In this document: piece after piece, positions 22,859 to 32,683 of the stretch
Layout: each line of letters opens with the position of its first letter
Position numbering within the stretch: position 1 is the stretch's first letter
IMG/VR virus record: IMGVR_UViG_3300042889_001503
Span: 124,001 to 188,000 of that record
Length of the DNA stretch: 64,000 nucleotides
Direction: 5' to 3' (one strand)
Translations under genes and position numbers: made by a program
The notes under the pieces: model-generated
Told to the model about the DNA's origin: nothing
Databases searched by the model: none
What the model saw: only the letters and a program-made list of their open reading frames with translations

Positions 22859-25114
22859 TTATCCGATTATATATGTTGATGATGAATATGTAACATTTCC
22901 ACCTGAATATCTGTATGCTAATACATCTGGCGGTGTTGGAACATAATTAATAATTGGGGTTGCCCATATTTCAAAACTACTAGTATCGGCAGAATTAGGG
23001 TATAATGTTGTATATTGACATAATAATGTGTTGTTGTAGAAACCCCCTTGAAAAGACCCTTCAGAACCAAGATTATTAAAGTTACATACAGAACCGGATA
23101 ATGATGGTATTATTGAAGGTGATGTTCCTGAATATGGGTATGTACTTGTTGACCAATCATTGGTAAATATTTTTTCTCCTATTGTTTGTGCTGAAAATGT
23201 GGTTGTGAGTGCTGTGATATAATATAAAAATTCAAATACGGGGGCATAATAGATACCATACCAACCAAAACTTGTATTGGCAGAAAAGTATTGATTAAAT
23301 TGTGTATTCCCGGTTGAAGAATCGTTAACAACCGATAATACCCCACTAATACGTGATACACAATCGATATCACAAGTAGAAATGGTATATCCGCTTGTGA
23401 TTGTATTTGCGGTTATATTAAAAAAGTAATTTCCGCCTGATGTTGTCCCGGTTAATACCGTTGATGATGGGTGAATTAGTGCCGCGTTTGTACCACTTTG
23501 GTCACCACAAGCATGTGGGTGATTCGTTTTTGGAAAATACCAACCAAAATATCTATAATACCCCAAATTTGTGTTATTAGGGTTATATCCTAATGAGTTT
23601 GAAAGGTTGATGGCGGCTATCCAAGAATCGTAAAATGTTGATATTACGGTTGATGAACCGGTAATGCTAAACACTCCTCTATTGCTACCATCAGTTAAAA
23701 ATGTTTTTTTGTAAGTTATATCATTTGGGTCTGTTTTACAACTAGTTAGGGCACCTTGAGGATATTGAAAATCATAAGTACAAACTTTATTATTATAATA
23801 AAAATCGGCACTATCATATGGTAAATTACCATTTGTGTCTGCGTATCTAATATTGTTAAATGTACCTCCAAATTGTTGTTGTGATAAAATACGTTGAGCG
23901 TCTTGAAATAATGTACTAACACCATTCAGTTCGGTGGTATCGTAATACTTAAAATAATCCTCACTAAATAAAGTATTTGAAGAACATCCGGACACTGTAA
24001 ACTTTACGTTTATTTTACAATTATTTGTAATTCCTGTTATTGTTGAACCAATAATTTTGTATGGGTTAGTATATGCACAACTATTACAATTAAAGTTATC
24101 TAAACACGTTATAAGTAAGTCCCAATCAGTATTTGCTTCTGCGGGGATTACATCAATAATTATTTCATCACCGGGATTTCTTGTTAATCCTGTTAAACAA
24201 GTTATTTTTGTAAAATAACTTGCGGTTGCGGCTGATTTAGAGATTAAAGATGGAGTATATGCGTTGGAACTATTTGTACCAATTACCCAATTTTCCAATC
24301 CAATATCATTAAGATAACTACTACCTCTAAATGATAATTTAATTGTATCCGGATTCGCTTTACCTTGAAATTTCCAAGCAATAAAATTTGTGGTTGGAGA
24401 CAACACATATGTTGATGAAACTGGTTGAGGTATTCCTTGACTTTGTGAACTAAATGTAATGTTATGATTATAACCGCTAGCCCAATATTCAGTTTTTGTG
24501 TTAGTTTGATTAAAACAAGTTAATGGTTGTATTGTTGTTGTTGGAAGACAATTACCATCAAACAATATACTATTGGTCCCACCTGTGTTTGAAAAAGTTA
24601 ACCCACTTACAATTACTTTTTGAATAATAGGGGTGTAAATACCTTCGGGTAAAGGTATAGAAGATATGCCCAAAAATGGGTGGGGAATATCGTATTGTCC
24701 TGAAAAAACTGAACCAAATCCGGTTCTTTTTTGTAATGTTGTTGTATCGTTTGGACCATACCAATGAATAACATAGTCCGTAATATTTTGACAAGACCCT
24801 GTTAAAAAACCACAAGACAATCTTGTTATTGTTGTTGCAGAATAGTTAGATAATCCTAAATTACAAGTTTGACATATGTTGTTATCTCTAACAGGTATTG
24901 TAAAACAATAAAGTAAGTTAACATCTTTTAAGTAAAGGGTGGTTGTTCCGGTAGGAATATTACTAAAAATAAATGGACATCCAATTGTAAGTTGATTTTT
25001 TGTTACAGAACTAAAGGGTGTTGAACTATAATCATCGGTTAAATAGATGTTAAATGGTCCCGGTGAAACGAAACTTGATGTTAGACAGGTTGCTGCTGAA
25101 AATGTTGTTGGCAT
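22859..25114 (-). CDS. Putative fibre/receptor-binding protein, paralogue of 27303-29489
   Basis: Colinear similarity with the 728 aa ORF (FSAxTCL, CP..xxxIPxGT, CxTCxL, LTGSCQ, FxAWKF, TxWDxxxTC). Confidence 0.6.
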   Translation of the reverse strand: MPTTFSAATCLTSSFVSPGPFNIYLTDDYSSTPFSSVTKNQLTIGCPFIFSNIPTGTTTLYLKDVNLLYCFTIPVRDNNICQTCNLGLSNYSATTITRLSCGFLTGSCQNITDYVIHWYGPNDTTTLQKRTGFGSVFSGQYDIPHPFLGISSIPLPEGIYTPIIQKVIVSGLTFSNTGGTNSILFDGNCLPTTTIQPLTCFNQTNTKTEYWASGYNHNITFSSQSQGIPQPVSSTYVLSPTTNFIAWKFQGKANPDTIKLSFRGSSYLNDIGLENWVIGTNSSNAYTPSLISKSAATASYFTKITCLTGLTRNPGDEIIIDVIPAEANTDWDLLITCLDNFNCNSCAYTNPYKIIGSTITGITNNCKINVKFTVSGCSSNTLFSEDYFKYYDTTELNGVSTLFQDAQRILSQQQFGGTFNNIRYADTNGNLPYDSADFYYNNKVCTYDFQYPQGALTSCKTDPNDITYKKTFLTDGSNRGVFSITGSSTVISTFYDSWIAAINLSNSLGYNPNNTNLGYYRYFGWYFPKTNHPHACGDQSGTNAALIHPSSTVLTGTTSGGNYFFNITANTITSGYTISTCDIDCVSRISGVLSVVNDSSTGNTQFNQYFSANTSFGWYGIYYAPVFEFLYYITALTTTFSAQTIGEKIFTNDWSTSTYPYSGTSPSIIPSLSGSVCNFNNLGSEGSFQGGFYNNTLLCQYTTLYPNSADTSSFEIWATPIINYVPTPPDVLAYRYSGGNVTYSSSTYIIG

Positions 25115-25121
25115 ATATGTT

Positions 25122-25784
25122 TTAAGTTATATCAAATGTGTATCCGGACATTACCGTAGGAAGACATTCTTCCACAAAAGTTTCTTCTATACTAGCACCA
25201 AACGTGCAAATTTTTGGTGTGAATATTTCACAAACTGTTGTTGCCGTGTAATCACCATAAAAATCAACCGTAGTTGCGGTGTATGAACCATTTCCAACCA
25301 TTTCAAGTGCTGGTGAGACATTTCCGTTATTCAACCAAGTGACGGTATATGGGGCGGTTCCTCCCGATATTGATACCGAGACTTCGCCATCTTCGAGACC
25401 CCAAACTGATGGTGGAGAACTTTCACATACTACACTCATTGGTAAAATTGTTACAATTCCACATTCGTTTTGATATCCTATGATTGTAGGGGGTACAACA
25501 ACGGGTGGTGTATAACAAGGAAATAAAATAATACATTGATTACAACTATATGAAATAAATATTGGAGGAGTTGAGGATACGTTTTTTAATGGTATAGGCG
25601 GGTTTGTGATAACGGTGTTTGAACTACCACTATATGTTACGCATCCTGAGTATGAACCAATAACAAGTCCGTATGTTGTTCCAACAGTATCTGTGAAACC
25701 ATTCCAAGGCACAAACGGGTTAGAGTTATTTGGAACCCCAAAAACCTTTGTTCTATCACAGCAAGAAGTAAAGTAATATATCAT
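25122..25784 (-). CDS. Cys-rich structural protein with SprB-like repeat
   Basis: 'DGEVSVSISGGTAPYTVTW...GSYTATTVD'. Confidence 0.55.
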   Translation of the reverse strand: MIYYFTSCCDRTKVFGVPNNSNPFVPWNGFTDTVGTTYGLVIGSYSGCVTYSGSSNTVITNPPIPLKNVSSTPPIFISYSCNQCIILFPCYTPPVVVPPTIIGYQNECGIVTILPMSVVCESSPPSVWGLEDGEVSVSISGGTAPYTVTWLNNGNVSPALEMVGNGSYTATTVDFYGDYTATTVCEIFTPKICTFGASIEETFVEECLPTVMSGYTFDIT

Positions 25785-25803
25785 TATACAAGTTTTATTT
25801 TAC

Positions 25804-25811
25804 TATAAATA
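25804..25811 (-). promoter_or_regulatory. TATTTATA motif
   Basis: 19 nt upstream of the ATG at 25784. Confidence 0.55.
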
Positions 25812-25876
25812 ATCTAAAGTTTGATTTTATTAAAATATAATTGACATTTGTTGTTAATAAATGGTGAGGTAGTTGA

Positions 25877-25884
25877 TATTTATA
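25877..25884 (+). promoter_or_regulatory. TATTTATA motif
   Basis: 3 nt upstream of the ATG at 25888. Confidence 0.55.
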
Positions 25885-25887
25885 GAT

Positions 25888-26070
25888 ATGAAACTTATAG
25901 ACACAATATCAAATGTTGTTACTGAGGCTAAAAATGTCTACGAAACGGCTTGTGACAAAGGTGTTCCTGAGAAGGAACTTGATAGATTAGAAAAAAATTA
26001 CTACGAATCCTTAAAACTTCTAAGGATATATGAAAATTTAGGTAAGAGAGAAAATAAACCTATTGATTAA
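25888..26070 (+). CDS. Small protein with [LIV]-x-E leader (MKLIDTISNVVTEAK)
   Basis: ATG at 25888 in the 25873 ORF. It is the lone + strand gene inside the minus-strand block and has its own motif. Confidence 0.6.
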   Translation: MKLIDTISNVVTEAKNVYETACDKGVPEKELDRLEKNYYESLKLLRIYENLGKRENKPID

Positions 26071-26705
26071 TAAATTTTAGTAAGTGTAAAATTTCTTGAA
26101 AATATTTGATTTCCCGCATTAGTGGTATTCCATTGGACATTCACCGATAATGTGTTGATTATTGTGGTGTCAAATGTCGTATTATTAATCTCACTTAATG
26201 GATATCCTTCATAGGTAAGTCCAGAATCTTTAAGGTAGGAGAATAGTCCACCGGATGATATTGAAGCAACGGTGGTTCCCCCGATTTGTCTTATCGTGAA
26301 ATATAGTGTTAATAACCAAGGCTTTGAGGTTGAGGTATCCAAATCTATTACTCCTGTATCAATGAGTAATGTCCCACCAGTTGTTCTAACGTGAACGTGG
26401 ATTGTTGCGGTGTTAATGCAAGACAAAACGCCATCGAATGATGCTTGAAACGAATCACCAACTCTGAAACTATTTGCAGGAACAGACAAAGTCCCAACAC
26501 CCGGTCCTATTACACTAGTCTCGACAGTGGTTGCGGATACCGTAGCGCTATCACCTGTTTGGGCAAATAAACCATATGCCAACGGAAACGGTGTTAATGT
26601 TGATTGTTTTATTTTATATGTTGTTCCCGAAAGTTCAACAGCATATTCTGCATTTGAGGTTGTAGCGGTTAATTCGGGTAATCCTGATATTGGTAAATCT
26701 GGCAT
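26067..26705 (-). CDS. Putative tail fibre/spike-like protein
   Basis: N-terminal 'PISGLP...SGTTYKI' motif typical of fibre N-termini; beta-rich C-terminal domain. Confidence 0.5.
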   Translation of the reverse strand: MPDLPISGLPELTATTSNAEYAVELSGTTYKIKQSTLTPFPLAYGLFAQTGDSATVSATTVETSVIGPGVGTLSVPANSFRVGDSFQASFDGVLSCINTATIHVHVRTTGGTLLIDTGVIDLDTSTSKPWLLTLYFTIRQIGGTTVASISSGGLFSYLKDSGLTYEGYPLSEINNTTFDTTIINTLSVNVQWNTTNAGNQIFSRNFTLTKIY

Positions 26706-26716
26706 ATCTTTTTATT

Positions 26717-26724
26717 TATAAATA
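26717..26724 (-). promoter_or_regulatory. TATTTATA motif (within palindrome TATTTATAAATA)
   Basis: 11 nt upstream of the ATG at 26705. Confidence 0.5.
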
Positions 26725-26726
26725 GT

Positions 26727-27299
26727 TTATGTTATAATAATTTTTGACCCATTGGCTTGTAAAATGTAAAACCCGTTGGCTTGTTCTAAATAATATATTG
26801 GAGTCGGTGTAGGTGTTTGTGTGTGGGTTGGAGTTATAGTTGGTGTCGGTGTTGGAGTAAGAGTGTTTGTTGGGGTTTGTGTGTGGGTTGGAGTTATAGT
26901 TGGTGTCGGTGTTGGAGTAAGAGTGTTTGTTGGGGTTTGTGTGTGGGTTGGAGTTATAGTTGGTGTCGGTGTTGGAGTAAGAGTGTTTGTTGGAGTTATA
27001 GTTGGTGTCGGTGTTGGAGTAAGAGTGTTTGTTGGGGTTTGAGTCATTGTTGGGGTTGGCGTTGGGTATAAAGAGTTACAATTAATAATATTAAATCGTT
27101 CACACCCATCCGAGGTTATAATTTTAATACCGACAGCGGGTGCCATATCAAATGGAATTGGTAATACAATTTCTACAGATGCTGGTACAGGTGTGTTAAT
27201 TTGAACAATATATCCACAATTATTCCCATAGACATCACATACGTAAACATCGTATGGGTAAGTTAACCCTGTGATACTATTTAGGATTATTGATGTCAT
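26727..27299 (-). CDS. Small Cys domain + PT tandem repeat structural protein
   Basis: N-domain is paralogous to 30583-30804; PT repeat; C-terminal [16 protein letters not shown]. Confidence 0.6.
   Translation of the reverse strand: MTSIILNSITGLTYPYDVYVCDVYGNNCGYIVQINTPVPASVEIVLPIPFDMAPAVGIKIITSDGCERFNIINCNSLYPTPTPTMTQTPTNTLTPTPTPTITPTNTLTPTPTPTITPTHTQTPTNTLTPTPTPTITPTHTQTPTNTLTPTPTPTITPTHTQTPTPTPIYYLEQANGFYILQANGSKIIIT
26815..27040. repeat. Perfect 60-bp tandem repeat (about 3 copies plus a 36-bp sub-unit copy) encoding [20 protein letters not shown]
   Basis: 26821-26880 is identical to 26881-26940, and 26941-26993 continues identically. Confidence 0.95.
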
Positions 27300-27302
27300 A
27301 AA

Positions 27303-29489
27303 TTAATATGTGTATAATGGGTTTGTAGGTAATTGGAGAACACCATTAATTACCGTTGCAACTGTATCGTATGTCAAACTATACACTCCATTAATAATTG
27401 GTCTTGCCAAAATTTGATATGATTCGACATTAAGAGGGTCTGTTAATTTTATGTCATAATAATACATGAACATTTGTCTGGCACCCCAACTAACATTTGT
27501 CCCTGCTGATGTATAATTATTACACGTTGATGCTGATAATGTGGGGATTGGTGTATAAGGTAATGTATTACCTGAAAACGGCATTGTTGTGTTTAACCAA
27601 TCACTATACATAAAATATCCATAAGCGGTTGATGCTGAAGCAACTACGGGTGCGTTTTGGTAATAGACGAATACACGCCCAAAAGGGTCTAAGTATCTAG
27701 AACCGGTATTTGAAGTAAATGCTGTAACATTTGTTGTTCCGGTCGAACTATTATTAATATCATTGATTGCACCATTGTGATATGATTGACAATTATCATC
27801 ACAAATATTATATGGTGGCATACCATTTGTTATTGTTGGCATTGTTATCGTTATAGTATAGTTTCCTGAGGTAAAACCGGTTGTTAATACACTAGAATAA
27901 TGAAATTGATATCTTAATATATTAGTTCCATCCCCACATACTTGACTACCACTTCTTTCCGGTATTGATAATTCATACCATCTATAATAAGTTGTAAGGG
28001 AAGGTGTTGATGGTGTTCCTGAATATGGTAAAATACTTAGAAATGATGAATAGTATGCGGAAAAATCACTTAAATTATTAAAACTCATTTGAACAAACCC
28101 TTGACCAAATGGACCAGTGTTAGATTTTTGAAATGATATTGTATTTGTATTTGCGGGTGATAAACAAGTAGGTGGCTCTATGTATTTTTGATACCCTCCC
28201 CCACAACTATTTGAGACCCACTTCAATGGACTCGTAGTATTTTGTAGTAGTTGTGTGGTATTGTCTGTTGATATATTATAATATTGTGTATTATTAACAC
28301 TATATAAACCTGATGCTTGATATCGTGTAATATCATTAGTTTCTATTGAATTTGTTGTACATCCAGATACGTTAAAAGAAATACTGATTGATGAACAAGA
28401 ACCTGTGGTTCCTGTGATAGATGATGCTTTTATTTTATATGGGGTGTTTAAATAATCGTATGCACATATGTTACAGTTAAAAGTATTTTTACACGTAAAA
28501 TAAAAATCCCAATTTGTTTGATTGTTATTTGGATTTGGGGTTACTTCTAATTTTATATAATCACCTGTATTTCGAGTTAATGAGGTTAATGACGTTACTT
28601 TTGAAAAATAAGTAGGTGTTTTACCTGATTTTGGGAGAGTTAATAAGTCAATATTGGTTTCTGTATTAATACCTACAACCCACTTTTCTAAAATAATTGG
28701 GTTATAACTATAGTGTGACCCATAATATGTTAATGTAAGAGTGTCAGGAACTGTAAAACCTGCAAATTTCCATGCAAAATAATTTGTGGTTGCGGCAGAA
28801 ATTTCAAAAGTTGATGACATTATTAATGGTTGTACTCCCGCAGATGCTCCTGAAAACTGAACTCTATGTGTATAATCCCCGGATTCGGTACCATTATCAC
28901 ATCTATACGCTTGAACCACAACGGTTGTGGAGTTAAAACATTCTAAGTTTGCTTGAATAAATCCTGTTCCACCTGTTTGTGAGTAATTTAACCCGTTTAA
29001 TTTTATTTTATCGATAATTGGTGTATAAGTCCCCGCGATTGTCATTGGTGAGGTTGCACCGGTTAATGGATGTGTATAATTGTATGGGATAAATTCTGTT
29101 CCATATCCTGATGTAAATACAGGTGTTGTAAAATCAGGACTTTTAAACCAATTTATTCTATATTGAGCAATACTTGGTTGACAAGACCCTGTTAAATTTC
29201 CTGCAACTATTCTACTAATTAAACTTGTTGAATACGAATCAAAAGATAAATCACACGTCGTACATAAGTCATTACAAGTAAGAGGAACATCACAACAATA
29301 AAAGTTTGCTGATTTTAACTTTATTGTTGATGTCCCATCAGGTATTCCTGTTAAAACTAACGGACAATTTGTTATTTGGTTTAATGTAACTGCGGTAATA
29401 AACACATCACTAAAAGTGTAAATTGATATTGGTTCCGTTAAAGTTGTTGTTCCTGTATATGATAAACAAGTCGATGCTGAAAATGACAT
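27303..29489 (-). CDS. Putative fibre/receptor-binding protein, paralogue of 22859-25114
   Basis: Colinear paralogy; T/S/N/Y/C-rich. Confidence 0.6.
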   Translation of the reverse strand: MSFSASTCLSYTGTTTLTEPISIYTFSDVFITAVTLNQITNCPLVLTGIPDGTSTIKLKSANFYCCDVPLTCNDLCTTCDLSFDSYSTSLISRIVAGNLTGSCQPSIAQYRINWFKSPDFTTPVFTSGYGTEFIPYNYTHPLTGATSPMTIAGTYTPIIDKIKLNGLNYSQTGGTGFIQANLECFNSTTVVVQAYRCDNGTESGDYTHRVQFSGASAGVQPLIMSSTFEISAATTNYFAWKFAGFTVPDTLTLTYYGSHYSYNPIILEKWVVGINTETNIDLLTLPKSGKTPTYFSKVTSLTSLTRNTGDYIKLEVTPNPNNNQTNWDFYFTCKNTFNCNICAYDYLNTPYKIKASSITGTTGSCSSISISFNVSGCTTNSIETNDITRYQASGLYSVNNTQYYNISTDNTTQLLQNTTSPLKWVSNSCGGGYQKYIEPPTCLSPANTNTISFQKSNTGPFGQGFVQMSFNNLSDFSAYYSSFLSILPYSGTPSTPSLTTYYRWYELSIPERSGSQVCGDGTNILRYQFHYSSVLTTGFTSGNYTITITMPTITNGMPPYNICDDNCQSYHNGAINDINNSSTGTTNVTAFTSNTGSRYLDPFGRVFVYYQNAPVVASASTAYGYFMYSDWLNTTMPFSGNTLPYTPIPTLSASTCNNYTSAGTNVSWGARQMFMYYYDIKLTDPLNVESYQILARPIINGVYSLTYDTVATVINGVLQLPTNPLYTY

Positions 29490-29519
29490 ATTATTTTATT
29501 TTATTTTATTTTATTACTA

Positions 29520-30581
29520 TTAACTAAGACACACAGTATTTGAAAATGAATACCCTGACATACCACTATCTAAACAAACAATTGGTAATGTTGATGTTGG
29601 AGTATTAGTTGGTGTTGGTGTGTGTGTTTGTGTTGGCGTTTGTGTTGGTGTCATTGTCATTGTTTGGGTAGGTGTCATTGTTGGAGTTCGTGTTGGTGTA
29701 GGTGTTGGCACAGTATCTGGTTGACAGTATATACAATCACCTTCTGTTGAAAGACCATACGAAACCGGGTTTGTAATTTGAATTATGGAATCGTTTCCGT
29801 GATTATAATCATAACCATAATATGAGACACATTTTAATTCATTCACACCATTGTAATATACAAGTGCTAAATAAACCGAATATAACTCAAATTGAGTTCC
29901 CGTTGGAACACCAGTTATTTCGTTAGCGTAATAATATTGTTTATTATCAAAACAATCTTGGAATTTTTGAGTGCCGGGACATATAATTTGTCCTTCTATT
30001 GTTGTAAAGATAGCCAATCCGGACGCGTCACAATTTCTAGCAATTAAGGATGAATAGAAAGGTAATCGAGCTTTTCTATTATTTACGTAATACATTGTGG
30101 GTGTTACGGTAGGTGTTGGTGTTGGAGTTGGTGTGTAGGTATATCCACTAGCGTCAATACCAATAATTGAACAGAAATTAGTTGGTGATGGTGTTATTGT
30201 CGGAGTTGGAGTAACACTAGCGGTAGGTGTGGGTGTTTGTGTCTGAATAAAATCACAATTAAACATTGCGGAAAAATCTAACACATCACAATTCTGTGTA
30301 GGTGTTGGGGTAGGTGTTAAACATATACCACTAAAAACATAAATACTTGATAAATCAGGACATAGACTACTACAAGGTGATTTACCTGTCAAGTAACAAG
30401 GTCCTCCTAAAGTATCTGATAAACACCATTGACTAGTTGTTCCGGTTGAGTAATAAATGGTCCAACCACTTGTTTGTCCTGACCAATAGGTGTCACCATT
30501 ATAGGTTCCTCCTGTAATGTAATTATCGTCGGCACCTACTAATCCGGTATTGCTTATACAGTATGTTGAATTACAAGGCAT
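29520..30581 (-). CDS. Cys-rich structural protein with several PT linkers
   Basis: MPCN start (shared with the 14897 ORF); multiple TPTPT tracts. Confidence 0.6.
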   Translation of the reverse strand: MPCNSTYCISNTGLVGADDNYITGGTYNGDTYWSGQTSGWTIYYSTGTTSQWCLSDTLGGPCYLTGKSPCSSLCPDLSSIYVFSGICLTPTPTPTQNCDVLDFSAMFNCDFIQTQTPTPTASVTPTPTITPSPTNFCSIIGIDASGYTYTPTPTPTPTVTPTMYYVNNRKARLPFYSSLIARNCDASGLAIFTTIEGQIICPGTQKFQDCFDNKQYYYANEITGVPTGTQFELYSVYLALVYYNGVNELKCVSYYGYDYNHGNDSIIQITNPVSYGLSTEGDCIYCQPDTVPTPTPTRTPTMTPTQTMTMTPTQTPTQTHTPTPTNTPTSTLPIVCLDSGMSGYSFSNTVCLS

Positions 30582-30582
30582 A

Positions 30583-30804
30583 TTAAATTAAGATATTTGA
30601 GATTGATACGCAACCATTATTATCGACAACTTTTAAATTATATGATGGTTGATTTTCCATTATTGATGGGACCTGAAAATCGTATGGTAACGACAATGCG
30701 GGGATTGTATCAATATAAACGCAAGTGACGTTTGTTTGGTCACATAGATAGACATTGAACGGTGTTGCTCCTGATATGTCGTTAATTAAAATATTCGTTG
30801 GCAT
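30583..30804 (-). CDS. Small Cys-containing structural protein (MPTNILIN...)
   Basis: Paralogous to the N-domain of 26727-27299; start at 30804 chosen by alignment. Confidence 0.6.
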   Translation of the reverse strand: MPTNILINDISGATPFNVYLCDQTNVTCVYIDTIPALSLPYDFQVPSIMENQPSYNLKVVDNNGCVSISNILI

Positions 30805-30822
30805 TTGCTTAAAAGTTATTAT

Positions 30823-30830
30823 CATAAATA
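30823..30830 (-). promoter_or_regulatory. TATTTATG motif heading the minus-strand structural arm
   Basis: 18 nt upstream of the ATG at 30804. Confidence 0.5.
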
Positions 30831-30856
30831 TAGGGGGATTAAAAAACTAATAAAGT

Positions 30857-30887
30857 TTTGATAATAATAATTTTATTCGTATCTTTG
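30857..30887 (+). promoter_or_regulatory. Bacteroidota-type sigma70 promoter (-33 TTTG / -7 TAnnTTTG)
   Basis: TTTG-19 nt-TATCTTTG, 4 nt before the primase ATG. Confidence 0.8.
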
Positions 30888-30891
30888 CTGT

Positions 30892-31791
30892 ATGTCAGAT
30901 GATGCGGAAATTTTATTGGAGATATTACACGATATCTTAGGGGATGAGAAACTTCACTATGAGTCAAAGGGTCAGATATCTTTTGACTGTCCAATATGCG
31001 ATGAAGACCAACATAAGGGAAATATGGAGGTGAACTACTTTGAACACGTCTACAAGTGTTGGAGTTGTGGGGATGAAAACAATACCAAAGGACCTCTTGG
31101 AAAACTTATAGATACTTTTGGTAATAAGAAACAGAAAAAAATCTACAACCTACTTCAACCGGAAAATCACAAACCAAAAGAGAAACGTGTTGACAAACTA
31201 AAACTACCTGATGGATTTACCAAATTCAAAGATAGTAGTTTAGTTTATCCGGTTCGTCGTCAGGCATATAATTACTTAACCCAACGTGGTATTACAGATA
31301 AGATTGTTGAGAAATATGGAATTGGATTCTGTGATAGGGGTGCGTTCTCGGGTAGGATAATAATTCCTTCTTATGATAGTAAGGACGAATTAAACTATTT
31401 TATCGCCCGAAGTTGGGACCCAAATAGTCGTGCTAAGTATAAGAACCCGGAGGCGGCAAAAGATGAGATAATCTTCTTTGAAAGTACAATTAATTGGAAT
31501 GCCGATATCTATCTTTGTGAAGGAGCGTTTGATGCTATCTTCCTACCAAATAGTATTGCTATGTTGGGAAAACATATGTCGGAGTTGTTACTTAATACAT
31601 TATATGAGAAGGCAAATGGGAATATAATTATATGTCTTGATGCTGATGCGTGGCAAGATGCCGTAAAACTATACCACAACTTAAATGGGGGTAGACTATA
31701 TGGTAAGGTTAAAATAATAAAACTAACGGGTGATGCCGATGTTGCTGATTTAAGAGGTGATATAGATAATCATTTTTATACAATGAAATAG
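30892..31791 (+). CDS. DNA primase (Zn finger + TOPRIM)
   Basis: CPIC...CWSC, YLTQRGI, GRIIIP, KYKNP, LCEGAFDA, CLDADA. Confidence 0.9.
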   Translation: MSDDAEILLEILHDILGDEKLHYESKGQISFDCPICDEDQHKGNMEVNYFEHVYKCWSCGDENNTKGPLGKLIDTFGNKKQKKIYNLLQPENHKPKEKRVDKLKLPDGFTKFKDSSLVYPVRRQAYNYLTQRGITDKIVEKYGIGFCDRGAFSGRIIIPSYDSKDELNYFIARSWDPNSRAKYKNPEAAKDEIIFFESTINWNADIYLCEGAFDAIFLPNSIAMLGKHMSELLLNTLYEKANGNIIICLDADAWQDAVKLYHNLNGGRLYGKVKIIKLTGDADVADLRGDIDNHFYTMK

Positions 31792-32655
31792 ATGATAGAT
31801 TTAAATGAGGTTGCAAAAGAAATAAGGGGGTTGTTAGATAAACGAAGAGAGGACCTTGGGTTAACATTCGTTGAGGATACCCACACTTATTATATGAAGG
31901 ATGAAACCGGTGTAATCCGAAGTGATTATCCGTCTGTTAGTAAGGTAATGAAATATTTCTACGAGGAGTTTGATACGGAAGGTATCTCACTAAAGAAAGC
32001 CAAAGGAGACCCTGAGGTTCAACAACAACTATTAGATGAGTGGAAAGCGGCGGGTGACTATTCAACCAATATGGGGAGTAGAGTTCACTATATGTTGGAG
32101 AAGAAAACCATTGAGATGTTTGGGGATTACAAAGAAGTAAGACAACCCATATTTGAATGTGACTTCACCCAAATATTAAAGGGGGATAGTATGATATCTG
32201 CGGGAACGGCTTACTTGGACCTTATGGTTGAGAGGGGTGCTGTGTTATTGGACACGGAGATTGTATTGGGTGACCCCGAGTTGAAATATACAGGACAACC
32301 GGATAAGGTGTGGTTGATTATGAATAAGGAACAAACTGAGTTTGGTTTGGTGATAACAGACTGGAAAAGTAATAAGCCGAAGAACTTTGAAGAATCGTTC
32401 TTTACCAAAAAGATGTATTACCCGTTTGATAAGTTACCAAACAATGCGTTGGGTCACTATTTTACCCAATTACCATTTTACGGGAAACTTCTTATTAAAA
32501 TGTTACAAGGAACCAAATACGAAAACATTAAATTGTATGGATGTGTAATTGTTCTTGTAAAAGAAATTGGTCAGTATGAAGAGTTCCGTGTTCCTAAAGA
32601 AGTTCAAGAAACAATCTTGAAGATGGATGTGACAAAATATTTGACAAAGAAGTAA
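31792..32655 (+). CDS. PD-(D/E)XK family nuclease (phage exonuclease-like)
   Basis: HTYY..YPSVS, GSRVHY, E..., GQPD, ITDWKS, QLPFY. Confidence 0.8.
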   Translation: MIDLNEVAKEIRGLLDKRREDLGLTFVEDTHTYYMKDETGVIRSDYPSVSKVMKYFYEEFDTEGISLKKAKGDPEVQQQLLDEWKAAGDYSTNMGSRVHYMLEKKTIEMFGDYKEVRQPIFECDFTQILKGDSMISAGTAYLDLMVERGAVLLDTEIVLGDPELKYTGQPDKVWLIMNKEQTEFGLVITDWKSNKPKNFEESFFTKKMYYPFDKLPNNALGHYFTQLPFYGKLLIKMLQGTKYENIKLYGCVIVLVKEIGQYEEFRVPKEVQETILKMDVTKYLTKK

Positions 32656-32683
32656 AAAATAACTAAATTTAAAAGAAAAACAT

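Noticed and set aside
26815-27040. CRISPR array
   Set aside because: Contiguous in-frame coding tandem repeat with no unique spacers and no cas genes.
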